Source: Bugula neritina
Taxonomy: Eukaryota; Animalia; Bryozoa
DNA: 64,000 nucleotides
NCBI GenBank assembly: GCA_964035545.1
Contig: OZ037773.1
Span: 339,751-403,750, forward strand
Direction: 5' to 3'
Shown: piece by piece, positions 1-22,962 of the stretch
Position numbering within the stretch: position 1 is the first letter of the stretch
How the letters are laid out: each line of letters starts with the position of its first letter
Position numbers and translations under genes: made by a program
Notes under the pieces: model-generated
What the model was told of the DNA's origin: nothing
Database searches by the model: none
Seen by the model: only the letters and a program-made list of their open reading frames with translations

Positions 1-85
1 AACAAACTAGTGTATTAATTAGTCTCGCCAAAACTTTCCAATTTCTAATTCATTGTATTTGCAAGCATCATCTATAGGCTGTCTT

Positions 86-308
86 ATTATTTATACATGA
101 CTTACTAGCTAGCTATATTATTTATACATGACCTACTAGCTAGCTATATTATTTATACATGACCTACTAGCTAGCTATATTATTTATACATGACCTACTA
201 GCTAGCTATATTATTTATACATGACCTACTAGCTAGCTATATTATTTATACATGACCTACTAGCTAGCTATATTATTTATACATGACCTACTAGCTAGCT
301 ATATTATT
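86..308. repeat. 31-bp minisatellite, ~7 copies
   Basis: Tandem unit TATTATTTATACATGACCTACTAGCTAGCTA. Confidence 0.95.
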
Positions 309-1132
309 TTAAAATACTGCACAAGTTCATAAGAAAGTTCTATATGTTGTCTTCCCAATACCTGCTGGTATGCATTACAGAGAACAGATTTTGTACTGCA
401 GCTTTACATTATATTTTGAATTGTCAGAAATACACAACGTAGAGGTATGGTACAGTCTCACAGAATCTTCTCTTGCACCCTGCAGTAGCTATATATCATT
501 TACTATCTGAGTTCTAGGTTAACTAGGTTTGGTAGATCTCAGGGTGGTGCAACATTAGATGAGTCTCCTCTCTGGTGCTGATTGGAAGGCTGCACTAGGA
601 GAAAATTTGCTCGCCCTGTGTGGATGCCATGTTGTGAAATTGTTGAACGGTCAGTTTGGAAAGTTTCTGCAGATGTAATCTAAGAGGCTGATTATTATTG
701 AATAAGGCCACTTTCACGTTTCGCATATGCATTTTTAACACTTTTTGATAATTTAGTTTTTCATCTTTAAAGTGAGCAAAACACAAATGCATTCAACAGA
801 TGCTGCAAGGAAGCGGAGACGTAACTGGGGAAGCAAAAGCTCTGTAGGCCAGCATGCAGTAAAGTTAAATGCATTAATGTCATTAGCTAGTAAATTTCCA
901 CTCCAGCTGACAAGGCATTGTGTGGAAGGGGTAGGTAGTTCCTGCAGCAGATTGTCATGCCATCTGTCTAATTTGAATCCCCGCCAAGACCTACCTTTCA
1001 CCAGACTTTCTGACAATATAAGTAATTAAGCTTGATGAGTTGCCAAAGGGCAGATAAGTCTAACCTGTATACAGCTACTAACCTGCCTATTCAGGAGTTG
1101 TGTGTTCTGTAATATTTTGGTATGGTTTATGC

Positions 1133-2918
1133 CAGGGATGTAGTGGCAAAAATATTCTTGGCCATACTCTCAGGCCGGGGGTCCAGGGGGCCGCCTAGGC
1201 CCCCGGCGGGGTCCGGGGCAGCGCCCCGGCCGCCGAAGCCCTCAGAGCGCTTCTGATGCAAATTTATGCAATTTAAAGCCATTGTGAATTCTAATTCTAC
1301 TGAAAAAAATCTGTGTTGAAATGTGCACCTCACTATTATTTTCATACCATACCAGCTACATGACGACTGGGCATTGCTGCAAACTATATAAATATTCAGT
1401 ATTGTCCCATACCTGTTGACTGTAATTTTAAATGTAGTCTTACTCAATTGACACTAAGTCCAACCTGTACAGAAAAATTGCTGAAGATCTCAAAAAGATG
1501 GAAGGATAGAGACAGGTAACAAGTGCTCTTCAAATGTAACCTGATTACTTCAAATATCTAATACACTGACGTGCACAGAAAAAGAATTATAGAACAGAAC
1601 AGAGGAAGATTGCAAATTAGAAAATGTGTGTTGGTTATTTATAAAGAGCAATTTGAATTGATAACTCATTGGCAAGCAGAAATTGGTTGAAAACCTAGTT
1701 GGAGTTTATTAGAGTATACTAGTCTAATCCATAAGGAGATACCACCGCACCTCCTTGCACACAATAAAGCACACCAAAGAAGAGTATGTTAACTTGGTTT
1801 TAAAGTAAAACCCCTGAGCTTTCACTAGACACATCAAGGAAATATACCCAAAAGAACAAATTTGACAGGTTCAATATGTGTTAACCTAGAAGATGATTAA
1901 ATGTAAAGCCAGACGTTAGTACAATCAAACATAAAAGATTACTTATGGTGGTGTACAGTTTGCAAAACCTCATTGCATTGATAATTAACATGGAATAACA
2001 CAACCAAAATGTGGATATAGTACCTGTAGACCTCAGTGATAAATTTTCATTAACCTCTCCTACACACCTGGTACTGTTTCCTGAAGACATTTTGATTTTA
2101 TTTCTGGATTTCATGTTGGTTTTTTTTCCAAATTTCATTGCTTATTGACAAAATGCAAGTCCACACAAGATAAATAATGGCAACTTTCTAGCTGACACTG
2201 CCTTGCTGAGGCCACATTATTGGTATATTATAAGAATTCAGTCCCGCCAAATAAAACCATACTTAATTGTGCTAGAGTTAAAATTTAAAAACTATGTTTT
2301 AGATCTTCCTGTTCCTCAGAGCACCTGCTTTTTTGAGTTTTCAATATTTTTTTGCAAAGTTAGACAAAAATCTACCCATTTTTGGCCAATTTTACCTGAA
2401 AAGTTTATTTTTCAATCCCTGCCAAATATCTCAGCAGGAAAGCATAGTATTCGAATAAAACAAACACTGTCGAAAACCTGAGAAATTTATGCATAGCAAA
2501 CTTTTTTATCTTTTCAATAGCCTTCATAGATTTTCTAAAAATTAGTGATTTATACACTGAAAATGAAATATTTTTTCCTTAGTAATCACTAATGCGCAGC
2601 ACTTCGCGCTTCAGTGAATACGTAGAGATGAGAAGATGGAATGTTGATAGCTGCTTATTATTCATAGTGTAATCTCAGGCTAAACAATCACAAGTAGGCA
2701 ACACGCATGCCACCCACATAGCATTAACATAACAAGAACTTAAACTAGATTGTGAGCGAAATTTATGATGTTCTCAGTGAGGATGCCCTAACTATCCTGT
2801 GCACTAATCAGTAACACTTTCAAAAAATATATGCCCATACGGGCGTATGGCCAAGAACAGCCTATTTTCTTCTAGGCCATACGGCGTATGGGACCGTATG
2901 GGTACCACTACATCCCTG
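1133..2918. mobile_element. Non-autonomous hAT-superfamily DNA transposon
   Basis: Perfect 14-bp TIRs CAGGGATGTAGTGG (1133-1146) / CCACTACATCCCTG (2905-2918); perfect 8-bp TSD GTTTATGC (1125-1132, 2919-2926); GC-rich subterminal block 1170-1240; CCATACG/CGTATGG subterminal repeats 2833-2902; no transposase ORF recognised. Confidence 0.9.
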
Positions 2919-3079
2919 GTTTATGCATGTAAAACATAACATGTGTAATATAATATTGTACTGTAATACATTAGGCAGGAATAAATAAACATAGTTGAAG
3001 CAGAGGGTATGATTCATTTACAAATTTAGATTTCAGTTTGGCATTCCATGAAATACATTGCATCTTGTGAGTCACAACT

Positions 3080-3618
3080 CTGTGTAGCACGTGGTCCATG
3101 GCTGTGTATAGCACGTGGTCCATGGCTGTGTGTAGCATGTGGTCCATGGCTATGTGTAGCATGTGATCCATGGCTGTGTATAGCATGTGATCCATGGCTG
3201 TGTGTAGCATGTGGTCCATGGCTGTGTGTAGCATGTGGTCCATGGCTGTGTGTAGCATGTGGTCCATGGCTGTGTGTAGCATGTGGTCCATGGCTGTGTA
3301 TAGCATGTGGTCTATGGCTGTGTATAGATAGCATGTGGTCCATGGCTGTGTATAGCATGTGGTCCATGGCTGTGTATAGCATGTGATCCATGGCTGTGTG
3401 TAGCCTGTGGTCCATGGCTGCGCGTATAGCATGTGGTCCATGTCTGTGTGTAGCATGTGGTCCATGGCTGTGTGTAGCATGTGGTCCATGGCTGTGTATA
3501 GCATGTGGTCCATGGCTGTGTGTAGCATGTGGTCCATGGCTGTGTGTAGCATGTGGTATATGGCTGTGTGTAGCCTGTGGTCCATGGCTGCGTGTATAGC
3601 ATGTGGTCCATGGCTGTG
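3080..3618. repeat. 24-bp minisatellite, ~22 copies
   Basis: Unit GTGTGTAGCATGTGGTCCATGGCT; explains the overlapping repetitive ORFs at 2971-3652. Confidence 0.95.
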
Positions 3619-3798
3619 CCTATACAAAGAATGGTGGGGAATAGTTTGTTAGCCTGATAATTCCTCTATATATCTCAATAAAAGCAAACGAATTTTGTTA
3701 ATATGAATGAACATCAAGTGTTGAGTTTCATCAAGTTTTACCCTGCAGATGATGTAGTAGATAATGCTGAAGGTTGCATGCACTCTGTTAATGTATAT

Positions 3799-4013
3799 AA
3801 AAAGTCACGCAAGTTTATAGTCGCTATCCCTGTAAGAAACCCCTGATAGAAAGGGTTTTTGTTAGAACGGGCTAAGGACATGTTCAAATAAGGCACAGGA
3901 GCAATTATGACTGGATGCTTTTCCTAACATCACCAATGGCCTTTGTCGGGGTTTGAACCCACAACTTCGTGTTCACAAAGCGAACGCTCTAACCCTTAGA
4001 CCACGGGTGCTCT
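3799..4013 (-). mobile_element. tRNA-derived SINE, copy 1
   Basis: Minus strand begins with a tRNA-like head (A box TGGTCTAAGGGTTAG, B box GGTTCAAACCC); central GTTAGGAAAAGCATCCAG motif; homologous copies at 21795-21962 and 22609-22831; flanked by direct repeat GTTAATGTATAT. Confidence 0.85.
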
Positions 4014-4025
4014 GTTAATGTATAT

Positions 4026-4214
4026 CATTAGCTGTCCTTCGTGTCCGAAGATGACTTCCGGTGAATCATGGTCCTCCATTTACATCTGTCTTTGCTGAGA
4101 GATTGCCAGCTACCAATAGGGATCTTCAGGTCTTTTAGATTGCGTTTAACGGTATCTTTGAATCTCAGTCGCGGCCTGCCAACACCACGGGTGCCTTCTT
4201 TCAGGCTTCTTCAG
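4026..4214 (-). mobile_element. 5'-truncated RTE-clade LINE 3' end
   Basis: Minus strand translates LKEGTRGVGRPRLRFKDTVKRNLKDLKIPIGSWQSLSKDRCKWRTMI, the typical RTE ORF C-terminus (GRP...KD...W..L..DR..WR); TSD GTTAATGTATAT at 4014-4025 and 4215-4226. Confidence 0.85.
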
Positions 4215-5749
4215 GTTAATGTATATACAGTGTATATATTTCTCAAAATAGATGGCTTGTGTGTCTCAGAGATAACTTACTATCAGCTGCATGTGGGCAA
4301 TCTAATACAACCCTATTTATTATAGCAATTCCTATCATATAATAATTATTTACTTACTTGAGCAACTTGGAGTGGAACTTGCCAATGATAGTTATGAATA
4401 GACAACTCCTAATACACTAAGATGATGGCAGATGCACATCTGGGCAGGGAGAATGTTTATTCTATGAAGTATTTATTCACTTAGAGTTACCCTATATATC
4501 AGACTCACTTAGGTTCCATACAACTTGCTAAATGAGTGGGTTGCAACCCTTTACAAGTCGTACATTTCGCAATAGCCTCTTGAAATGTCTCCATACGAAG
4601 TCAATGATGTCTATTGATATAACTTCTCACATTGTACCAACATAAAAAGTAAACTATACAACACTATATGCCAGTCTGGCTTGTGACATGGCAGGATGTT
4701 TATATTTGTATCAAAGTGTCACCAAATGAATGGTGTGAGAGTTACATATTATACTGTTATACCTGCACCATTTGAAGTTTTACTATAACTTTTGCATACA
4801 AATACAAATAACTACAATTGAAATGTTGTCTTTGTTTGAGAGTTGTCTACAGCTAAGAATATATAATTTTTTAAAATCAATTGACAAAATATAGTAATGT
4901 TGCTAAAACTAATAATATCAAATTTATTTGCTGATTCCCTAGTCAATAGCAATACGGATTTTTACTTATGCTGGTATCATAAATACTAAACGATATTATT
5001 TTGTGAATTCTGAAGATAAATACAATTTTAAAATAAAACTAAAAGCTCACAGCTTTATAACATTTAGCTGACTTGATTGGGTCACAGGTCAATCTGAAAT
5101 AGCTGACATAGAATATGTGAAAGATACTTCTATGATGATGTAAACAAACACATGTTTGTTAAACAATTTTGGTGACAGTTTCCAAGAATCAAGTTGGCAG
5201 AAGACAAGAGCTCTGGTGAAATAGAGAAACAGCCCACAACATTTATGTTTATTGCTGGAACAGAAAAGTGGTTATTTTTATATCATTAATCATGTGATAT
5301 GCATAATATATTATGCATATATATATATATACTATATTGTAGGAATGTATACTGATGATTAGCTACAACAATCAATAGGAGTTGCTATGGCAATGACTTG
5401 GTGTATCAGCCAATAGCGTTCATCATAACAAAATTGTGTCATCCACATAAGGCAGTAATAAATATAAAGCTATTGAGTGGGAACTCATCATATCTGGAAG
5501 CAGAGGTGGTGAAAGTTGCAGTGTATCGCTTGATCTCTCCTATTCAGCTCAAAACAAATCGATGTGAGTATAACTGTTGCTGTGTTTTCATCTCTTGACA
5601 TAAGATTGTACATATATTTCTCACCTAGATGGCTGAAGTTTTGGATGGGTGGCTGCATAATGTGTGTAGTTGGTATAATACTGATTTTAATAAACAAGAT
5701 AGTTTCATAGTTACAGTCCCATGCCTGGTATATTTACTTTTGCAGAAAG

Positions 5750-7139
<1,390 letters not shown>

Positions 7140-10100
7140 ACAACAACACCACCAACAAACTCATTACTAGACATCTTTGAACTATGAAGTAGTTATTGTA
7201 AATACCAAGCTACAGTTCTAACTGGACAAGTATATTAGACTAGAATCATTAGATTCTCACTAGAAACTGCTACTTGAAATTTAGCTGCTCTATTGTGGCA
7301 GCTGACTCAGAGCAGCTAGCTATCTATTTGGTCTAGAGAGCACTTCTGTCTGTGCAGACTGAACCACAACAAGAAGAATCCTGCAGCTTCCACACGATGT
7401 TTCAAATCATAATAAGTTATTTTAATGTAAATACATCGTATATATATAATTATATTATGTAAATAGAGCAATATTTAATTATTTATACCATTACCTAATA
7501 CATTTTAAACTCCCACAAAACTAAATTATTATTCTCTCATTCAAGTGTAATACATTGCTATACCAGATAGTTTTGGCTATTTCAACAAAGGCCTGCTTTA
7601 TATTTTTCTCATGTCATAATGGAATGAATATTTATATTTGTAAAATATATGAGAAGTTTTGGCATAAAAATGCTGTGAAATCATGTGAAATCGAAGTTGT
7701 TGCAACAATTGCATTACGAGTGGCAATAGACTGCAAGGTGGCGCATGGTCAGATGGTCATCAGGTCATGCATTAAGCAAAACTATAATACCAAGATGATG
7801 TAATCTAGGATGATAATGTCTAGTAAACTGATGAACACTAAAGCAGATGGAAGCTAAAGCATGTCTGCAGAATCAAGTATAAATTGCTGGTACATAGATA
7901 ATTAGTTTTAGAATATTCTATTTAGAGAAATAGTTTATACTTTGTTATACAACCACACATCCATTTATAGTATTTTTCTCAGAAGCATTAGTAAGTAAGG
8001 CATCATACAGTTTGAGTTGCAACTATTAATTTATAACAAAAAGTCAAAGTTGTAATGATGTAAATCATAGTGACTCATGACTAATACTGACTTATGAGTC
8101 AGTCATATAGTGACTGACTCATAATGCAGTTTAATTAACCATTTCCGTGCAGCAGTGGATAAATTTTAATTAGTTTAGAAACTTTAATTAGCTTATGCAC
8201 ATTAATTTTCAAAATAAATTTTTTGTTGAAATTTTCAAAGAAGTATAAACTTTTTTGCTACATTTCTGATCCTGAATACAAGCTTTTCTTACTTTCTCTA
8301 TCACTGCACTTATACAGTGTACCTCTGTTTTATATGTGCATCTCATGTTATACCCTATTAGATTTAGTCTGCTGAAGTTGTACTGAATTCAGACACCAGA
8401 ATATTAACATTAGCTTCCAATAATTATTTGTAGAACTTGAGAGTTTGCAGCTATTGCCTATCATTCCTTGTGAAGAAATAAAACCCAGTTTTCAACAAAT
8501 TCTTACATAACTTTATTTTAGAATAAGAAACATTAGTGAAAAGTCAGTAGCTTGATTTGATAAAATATTTAAAGCTCCACAATATTCTGTTTGTAAATTA
8601 GATCTGCCTGGTTTGTTTTAATTTGTATAACCATAATTCATGGTGCAAATGTTTGAATATGAATACAAAGTCAACCAAGCAAAACTAATACAGAAAGCCT
8701 TGATTTGGAACTCTGTATTACAACTGGTCTAGTCAGCTGCTGAATAAATAGTTGCTAGAGGAACTTAGAAATAGCATTGTGCATGTCATTTTTACCAATT
8801 TCTGTCCTGGTTGTAAGAGTTGTTATGTAATCAATGAAGTGCGTAATCACTTTGTTCACCACAAGAGTTGCTTCCTTCCTTCTGAAGCTGAGATAAAAGG
8901 ATGTTTTTTGCTCCTAATTTAAATGCTTCGAAAGCTTTGCAGTTGTTCCTGTGAGACAGATGAGTGTGGAAAGGCTTAGAAGCTACTGGCTTCTTTCTAA
9001 ACATTGAATTCAAATAGAAACCCCTCCATGAATCATGGATGCTGTGAGTATATATAGGAATGACTCATAACCCACTGATGTTGAGCGATAGCAGTGTGGG
9101 TAATGTGGCTGTAAAACTGCAAGTTAACAGCAGCTAAAAACAGAATCCTAAAGTTCCTGAAATTTGAGCTGATCTGGGGTTTCCATATTTCAACAATCAT
9201 TGCATCAGCAGAGAGCTTTTCCTGGTTATTTAGTCTGTGTTAAATTGTTTCTATATAATACCAGAAAGGGGCTGATGTGTGATGCTTAGTTAATAGCAAC
9301 AGAGAATCAGTGACTAAAAGGTGCTCAGTCTATTACGTGCCCTCACTTGGCTTAGTCATGTCAACTTTGCCTGTATTTCAGTATCCATTACACAATATTT
9401 CTAATTAAACTATAAAACAAGTTTTCCTGGTGACAATTGTAATTACTCTACATGCAAAACTCAAGAGGATGAATTTATCTGTTTTCATAAGTGTTGCTCA
9501 AGATAAGCTGAAATTGTTAAAGGTCACTTTATCTCCTTTCTAAAATAAGCAAATATGTATAAATCTGAAACCTAGATATAAAATAAACAGCTGGTGTGTT
9601 TAAGAGTCTTTTCAATGAAATTGTAATAACAATTGTTCAAACACTCTCCTTAAAAGTTTCACATTGATGCATTACCGTGAATATGATGACCTTACAGCTT
9701 TATGTCACATAGATAATAATGAAAAAACATCATGATTATTGTCTTATCTTTGTCATGTTTACAAGCTATGTTATGCAGCATACATAGTAAATATGATAAT
9801 GATCACATTGAAGTTCTCAAGAATTTCATTTGCACACCATTATACATGACCATTTATATTTATTATCCCCTGTACAGCAGCAGACTTTTGAAATGAGAAT
9901 GTAGAATTATTATAGCATGTATAATCACAGCCAATCCAGCACCTCATGTATCGGTTTATATTTTTCATGCTGGTCAGCAAGAAGGTGTGATCAATCAGCA
10001 AGTGAGGTTGAATCTCTCCTCCATTCCTAATTTATAGTACATTATAAAAACCGATACTGAAGTGATTTTTATACAACATAGGGTAATTTATAGGGTAGCT

Positions 10101-11252
10101 CCCCAACCTCCCCAGCCCCTTACTAGTCCATCAGTAAAATGCCAGTTACTACAACTAATTAAAATCCAATTTAAACAGAATGATTTGTGGAAACATAGGT
10201 TCATTCGGAGACTTTTAAATCCATTAAATTAATTACATTTCCAATATTTTATGGCTTAGTAATTAATAATAATTGTGTTTGAATCAAAACAACCACTTAA
10301 GCTAATGTTCTACTTTGGAATTTCAATATACTGTAAGTCTTAATAAAACAATAAAACTTGATGGAACAATTTACATATCTGCCTGACATGATAGGGGAAA
10401 GCAGCTGCCAAAGTTCAAAGTTCTCCATACTTATTGACTCATCACTTCCTTTCACAAATCCTTTGTTATGTATTTGTTTTGAGAGATATAAGTGTGGGTA
10501 GGAAGCAGGGTGTAAACACTTGCAACATAGCATTGCGCTTGTATAGCACTCCTGCCAGACAACATATTTTAGATTCAATGATTTTACACTCACTTAACTG
10601 ATACTAGAACATAGCACAGCTGTTTATCCGTATTCAGCCAGTCTCCTGCATTCAGTCAAGGAATTTTCACGCAGCTAGCGAATCATCAACCACCTTTCAG
10701 TAAGTACTCATAGACCATAGTGCCTATTCCAGGAACAGTTCTGTCTGTGTGTCTGTATTCAGAGTGCAAGTCAACTATAGCTTAGACAAGAGGTTTCTCC
10801 AAACTGTTTAGCATGTGAACCCATTTTATACCTTTTTAAAGATGATTACCACTTTAGTTAATGGAATAGTAACTATAGTAAGCTGGTAAACTGTATAACA
10901 GTCACTGCATGTAATATGTAAATTGAACAACTGCTAAAATTAGACAAATAATTTCAACTGCAGTCAATTTCAAATCTAACTGAAGTATTCCATGGGGATA
11001 TGGAGGGAAGGCGAGCTACTACTATTTGGCACTTCTTAGCTTTGAAAAACTTTGGTACAATAATTACATCGCCATTAATAAAAAATACTAATTGCATAAC
11101 AACTTCAGTTTTCAACCTTTTAGCATTGCATTCATAAAATAACAGTTTGCAGGTGAAATATTTAACATCATCAAACTCCTCTCTTTTATTAAGCCTGCAT
11201 AATGATATATAAATGCTGTTGCTAGGTATGCATTACAGCATTTTGTGTCACT

Positions 11253-11727
11253 TTACCTTGTTACATGATAACTTCAGCATTACCTTGTTACCTCATATAA
11301 CTTCAGCATTACCTTGCTACATGATAACTTCAGCATTACCTTGTTACCTCATATAACTTCAGCATTATCTTGTTACATTATAACTTCAGCATTACCTTGT
11401 TACATGATAACTCCGGCATTACCTTGTTACCTCATATAACTTCAGAATTACCTTGTTACGTGATAACTTCAGCATTACCTTGTTACATCATATAACTTCA
11501 GCATTACCTTGTTACGTGATAACTTCAGCATTACCTTGTTACATCATATAACTTCAGCATTACCTTGTTACCTCATATAACTTCAGCATTACCTTGTTAC
11601 GTGATAACTTCAGCATTACCTTGTTACATCATATAACTTCAGCATTACCTTGTTACGTGATAACTTCAGCATTACCTTGTTACATCATATAACTTCAGCA
11701 TTACCTTGTTACCTCATATAACTTCAG
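11253..11727. repeat. 27/29-bp alternating minisatellite whose last unit supplies a splice acceptor
   Basis: Units TTACCTTGTTACATGATAACTTCAGCA and TTACCTTGTTACCTCATATAACTTCAGCA; the final ...ACTTCAG abuts exon 11728. Confidence 0.92.
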
Positions 11728-11729
11728 GG

Positions 11730-12676
<947 letters not shown>

Positions 12677-14174
12677 TTACACTTGACATCTAACTATATA
12701 GTATTTGTAATGTAGTGTGCCAGATCACCACTTCCCAGAGATGTTAAAGAGATTATATTATGACAATATATATTTATATATAAACTACACTTTACTGTAG
12801 CTGATTGCGCATGTTTATATGATGATAAATAGTGCAATGTAACAACATATGCACATTATTATTTGATACGGTTCTGTATTAGCGGCTACTCAGTGCAGTT
12901 AATAATTATTATCCACATATGAAGTGTTGTAATTGTTAACGTCATTTTATATGTTGATATTTTGTGCATATAGTCTCATCTTATGACAGATGGCACATAC
13001 CACACCGCACATATTAAGTACCAATTCCTATACACTTTGTTTAGGTACTTTATGCTACATTCATTGGAAGTCTTTCTCTTGTGTTGTGTTTTGTATAACT
13101 TTTTCGAACAGCATATTTTAGAAAGAGTTCAGTTTATACTGTATACTGTACAATTATTGTTATTTCTTGTTTTACCAAGTTGTATGTATGTCATTGTGAA
13201 ACTTTGAACAGCTTTCTAACAGTTACTTGTGCATTTGTAAGGCTATTAAAAACTGCTTTTGCTTTTTGTTTAAGTTTAAATAGATATAATGCTTTGAATA
13301 AAAAAAATATCATTGCTACAGAAATATACTGACATGGTGTGAACAAATAAATAATAATTTAAAAAGCTTAAAACAACTGTTTTAGCACGAGGAGAAATTT
13401 GCAATGGATTTTAAATATAAATAATAATGGTAGATGCTTTTAGAAACAATTAGAATAAAATGTTAACTGCCTTTCATGCATAATAAATGCTGAATGTTTG
13501 CCATTTTTATTAAACAAATTCATGTTTTAGTCTAGTCAGTGTGAGTTCAAGAGATTATATGTAGGGTGTAGGTTAAAAGGCTGGTAAATGGTAACTCAGC
13601 AGTACCAGTCAATACTGCTGTTGATCAGGAGGCCCATGTCTTGCTTAGTCAAGAATGTTCAGTTTTTCAGTGAAACTCAACTGCAACAATACAAAGCAGA
13701 CGTTATAAGATTCACCACAAAAGACTCTTTTCAGAAGTCGGAACGGGCATTTATATATTTATATTTGGAGTTGTCTTTTCCCATCCGATAGAAAGCACAT
13801 AAAATCAGTAGAAATTATATGTTTGTGTGAAGACTATTGCTAACATGAGTTTTTTCTTCCTTGAGATAATTATTTTGGTATTTCAATGAAATTTAAATTA
13901 CATGTTGAATGCAAAAAAGCCAGTGATTTAGAAAATATACTTTTTTTGTGCTTTTTACCTTTACATTTTATTGAATTTGCAAAATTATATTATTATGGTA
14001 ATTTATAGCACTACCTATTTCTTTATATAAAATCACATCTAAAGCTTCTTGGAATGCTTTTGGAATTCCAGTCATTTTGAATAAAATATTTGTAAAGTTT
14101 TATATTAGTAGTTCTCCTTATTTTAAACCAATCAGTTGAACTTATCAGTATTTTGAGTAGTATTTCTTAGTAAC

Positions 14175-20826
<6,652 letters not shown>

Positions 20827-21794
20827 GAGATGTCAACATAACGTCAAAGCTTATGCTAACCATGACATGTATTATTCTCATTTCCTGGTTACAAAGACAT
20901 AGAAAAACTACTAACATCTACTTTGCAATAGGATATAGAAAACCATGCATTCTGTGTGCTAAAGACGAGAAGATCAAATTTAATATTTTTTACAAGAACA
21001 AAAAGTATTTGTATACTGAAATAGGTGATTTGTCAGAATCATTTATTTATACGCTAGCTATTACACAACTGTTGCTGTAGATAGGCTAACTTGTGAAGAA
21101 CACAAGTTTCTCTACAATACACTGTATAATATACTTCATACTAGTGACTGAAAAGAGAGCTCAAACGAATAGCATCATTTTCCGCCAACTAAAATATCTA
21201 CAAACCTTGGAAAAAGAGACATTTTTAATTTTTGTTCTAATTTTTAGTGTTTGAATTAGAGAATTTGTTTGAAAATATTATGTTAAATGCTATTCTTTGT
21301 TTCTTTTTAAACCTATCAATTTGTACGTTATTATACCAGTGACTTTCAAAAAACTCTTACAAAATAAAACTAGTGCCTTGTTGGAGATCAAATAACATTA
21401 ATTCAAAAATTAGTTGACTTCAAGTGTATAAGCCTAAACACAAAAGAACATTGACTCATTTTAGTGATTATTGACTGTGTGTTGCAGCAGCTAAGGGTAT
21501 TGTACAATAAGAGGTAATAATTTTATGATACCACAGGCTACAGAAACTAAACAAAACTATCACCAGGGTGGAGATTTAATGTTTCTAAACCAAAGCATTT
21601 TTGAGAATGCAATACACAGTCTGCAGAGGAAGAAAAGCTCAGGCAAGTTCATAGCCTAAGTTCGTAAATTCTATTGTTAGATTTTGGTCTGGGCTGTGGG
21701 TTAAAATTCTCGTGAGAACATAACTTTTTATGCTACCTATCTAATCTTGAGCATAGGCATTTCTCAATCCTCTATTGCTGCACTTACCTTGTTT

Positions 21795-21962
21795 TGTGAG
21801 AAAACCCCTGATGAAAAACGTTGCTGTTAAATTGGGTTAAAAACTTATTTAGATAGGGCACAGGAGCAATTATGACTGAATGCTTTTCCTAACATCACCA
21901 ATGACCTGTATCAGAGCTCGAACCTATGACTTCATGCTTACTAGGCAAACGCTCTAACCCTT
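21795..21962 (-). mobile_element. tRNA-derived SINE, copy 2 (partial)
   Basis: Shares GGCACAGGAGCAATTATGACTG..TGCTTTTCCTAACATCACCAATG and AACGCTCTAACCCTT with copy 1. Confidence 0.8.
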
Positions 21963-22608
21963 CTGCAGATGATAGCTATAAACAATGTAATACTATATAA
22001 AGTAAGTATAATGTGGATTTTTTAGCCATTTTATCTGATCCATGGGTGACATTATTTGTTTTTAAAGTCAATATTTTAGACTGACAAGTGATTTCAGAAA
22101 TATAGCAAAGTTAGCAAGCATGTATTTTGTAATTCAGCTTTCAGATATTGTAAAACTTTTCTGCTTCACAAGATTTATTTCCTGTAAAAGTTCTCTTTAA
22201 ATGGCTAACTAGTATGCTGAGTTTTATTGAAAACCTGAGTCGTCTCACGTTGACTGCAGCATTGTGAGTGACTCAGGCAATGTGACTCTGTCAGAAATTA
22301 CTGCTGAAAAGAAGCATGCGTGGTGGCCTTATTCCAAGAAATAAGAAAATTATTTTGAAACAAAGATTACTTCAAAACACATAAGTTCTGGCTTTCCATG
22401 TTGTAGCCAGAGACCGTATATCTAGTCGCAATATATTCTAGCAATGAAGGTTCGGGTAACACTGCGCTAAAGTTGGTAGTAAGACTGTAGCAAGTTTAAC
22501 TTACATGTAAGTCTATCTCTAGACGTTTGATATTTGAAGTAGAACCAAAGGGGTTTGTGGCAGTAACAATAGTGTAAAGTAATTAATTTGCAACAATAGT
22601 ATAATATA

Positions 22609-22831
22609 AAAAACTCAACTCACGTAAATTTATAGTCACTATCCCTGTGAGAAACCGCTGATGAAAAGGATTTTTGTTAAAGCAGCTTAAGGACTTATTT
22701 AGATGGGGCGCAGAAGCAATCATGACTGGATGCTCTTCCTAACATCAACAATGGCCTTTGTCGGGGCTCAAACCAATGACTTGGTGTTTACTAGGCAAAC
22801 GCTCTAACTCCTAGACCACGGCTTCTCTATG
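22609..22831 (-). mobile_element. tRNA-derived SINE, copy 3 (full length)
   Basis: Colinear with copy 1; 16-bp TSD ACAATAGTATAATATA at 22593-22608 and 22832-22847. Confidence 0.85.
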
Positions 22832-22962
22832 ACAATAGTATAATATACTGTCATACTGTCACAATATTATAAAGTAATGTGACAATATTATAAGGTAATA
22901 TGTAATTACATTATAAAGCAATGGGACAATATGAGTATAAAGTAATGTGAAAAAAGTATAAA

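Noticed and set aside
595-1029. Short overlapping ORFs
   Set aside because: No recognisable motif or consistent splice structure.
2971-3652. His-rich or Cys/Trp-rich repeat proteins
   Set aside because: 24-bp minisatellite with no splice or domain support.
8831-10593. Minus-strand ORFs 8831-9013 and 10297-10593 as exons of a gene
   Set aside because: Could not be joined into a phase-consistent model and no domain was recognised.
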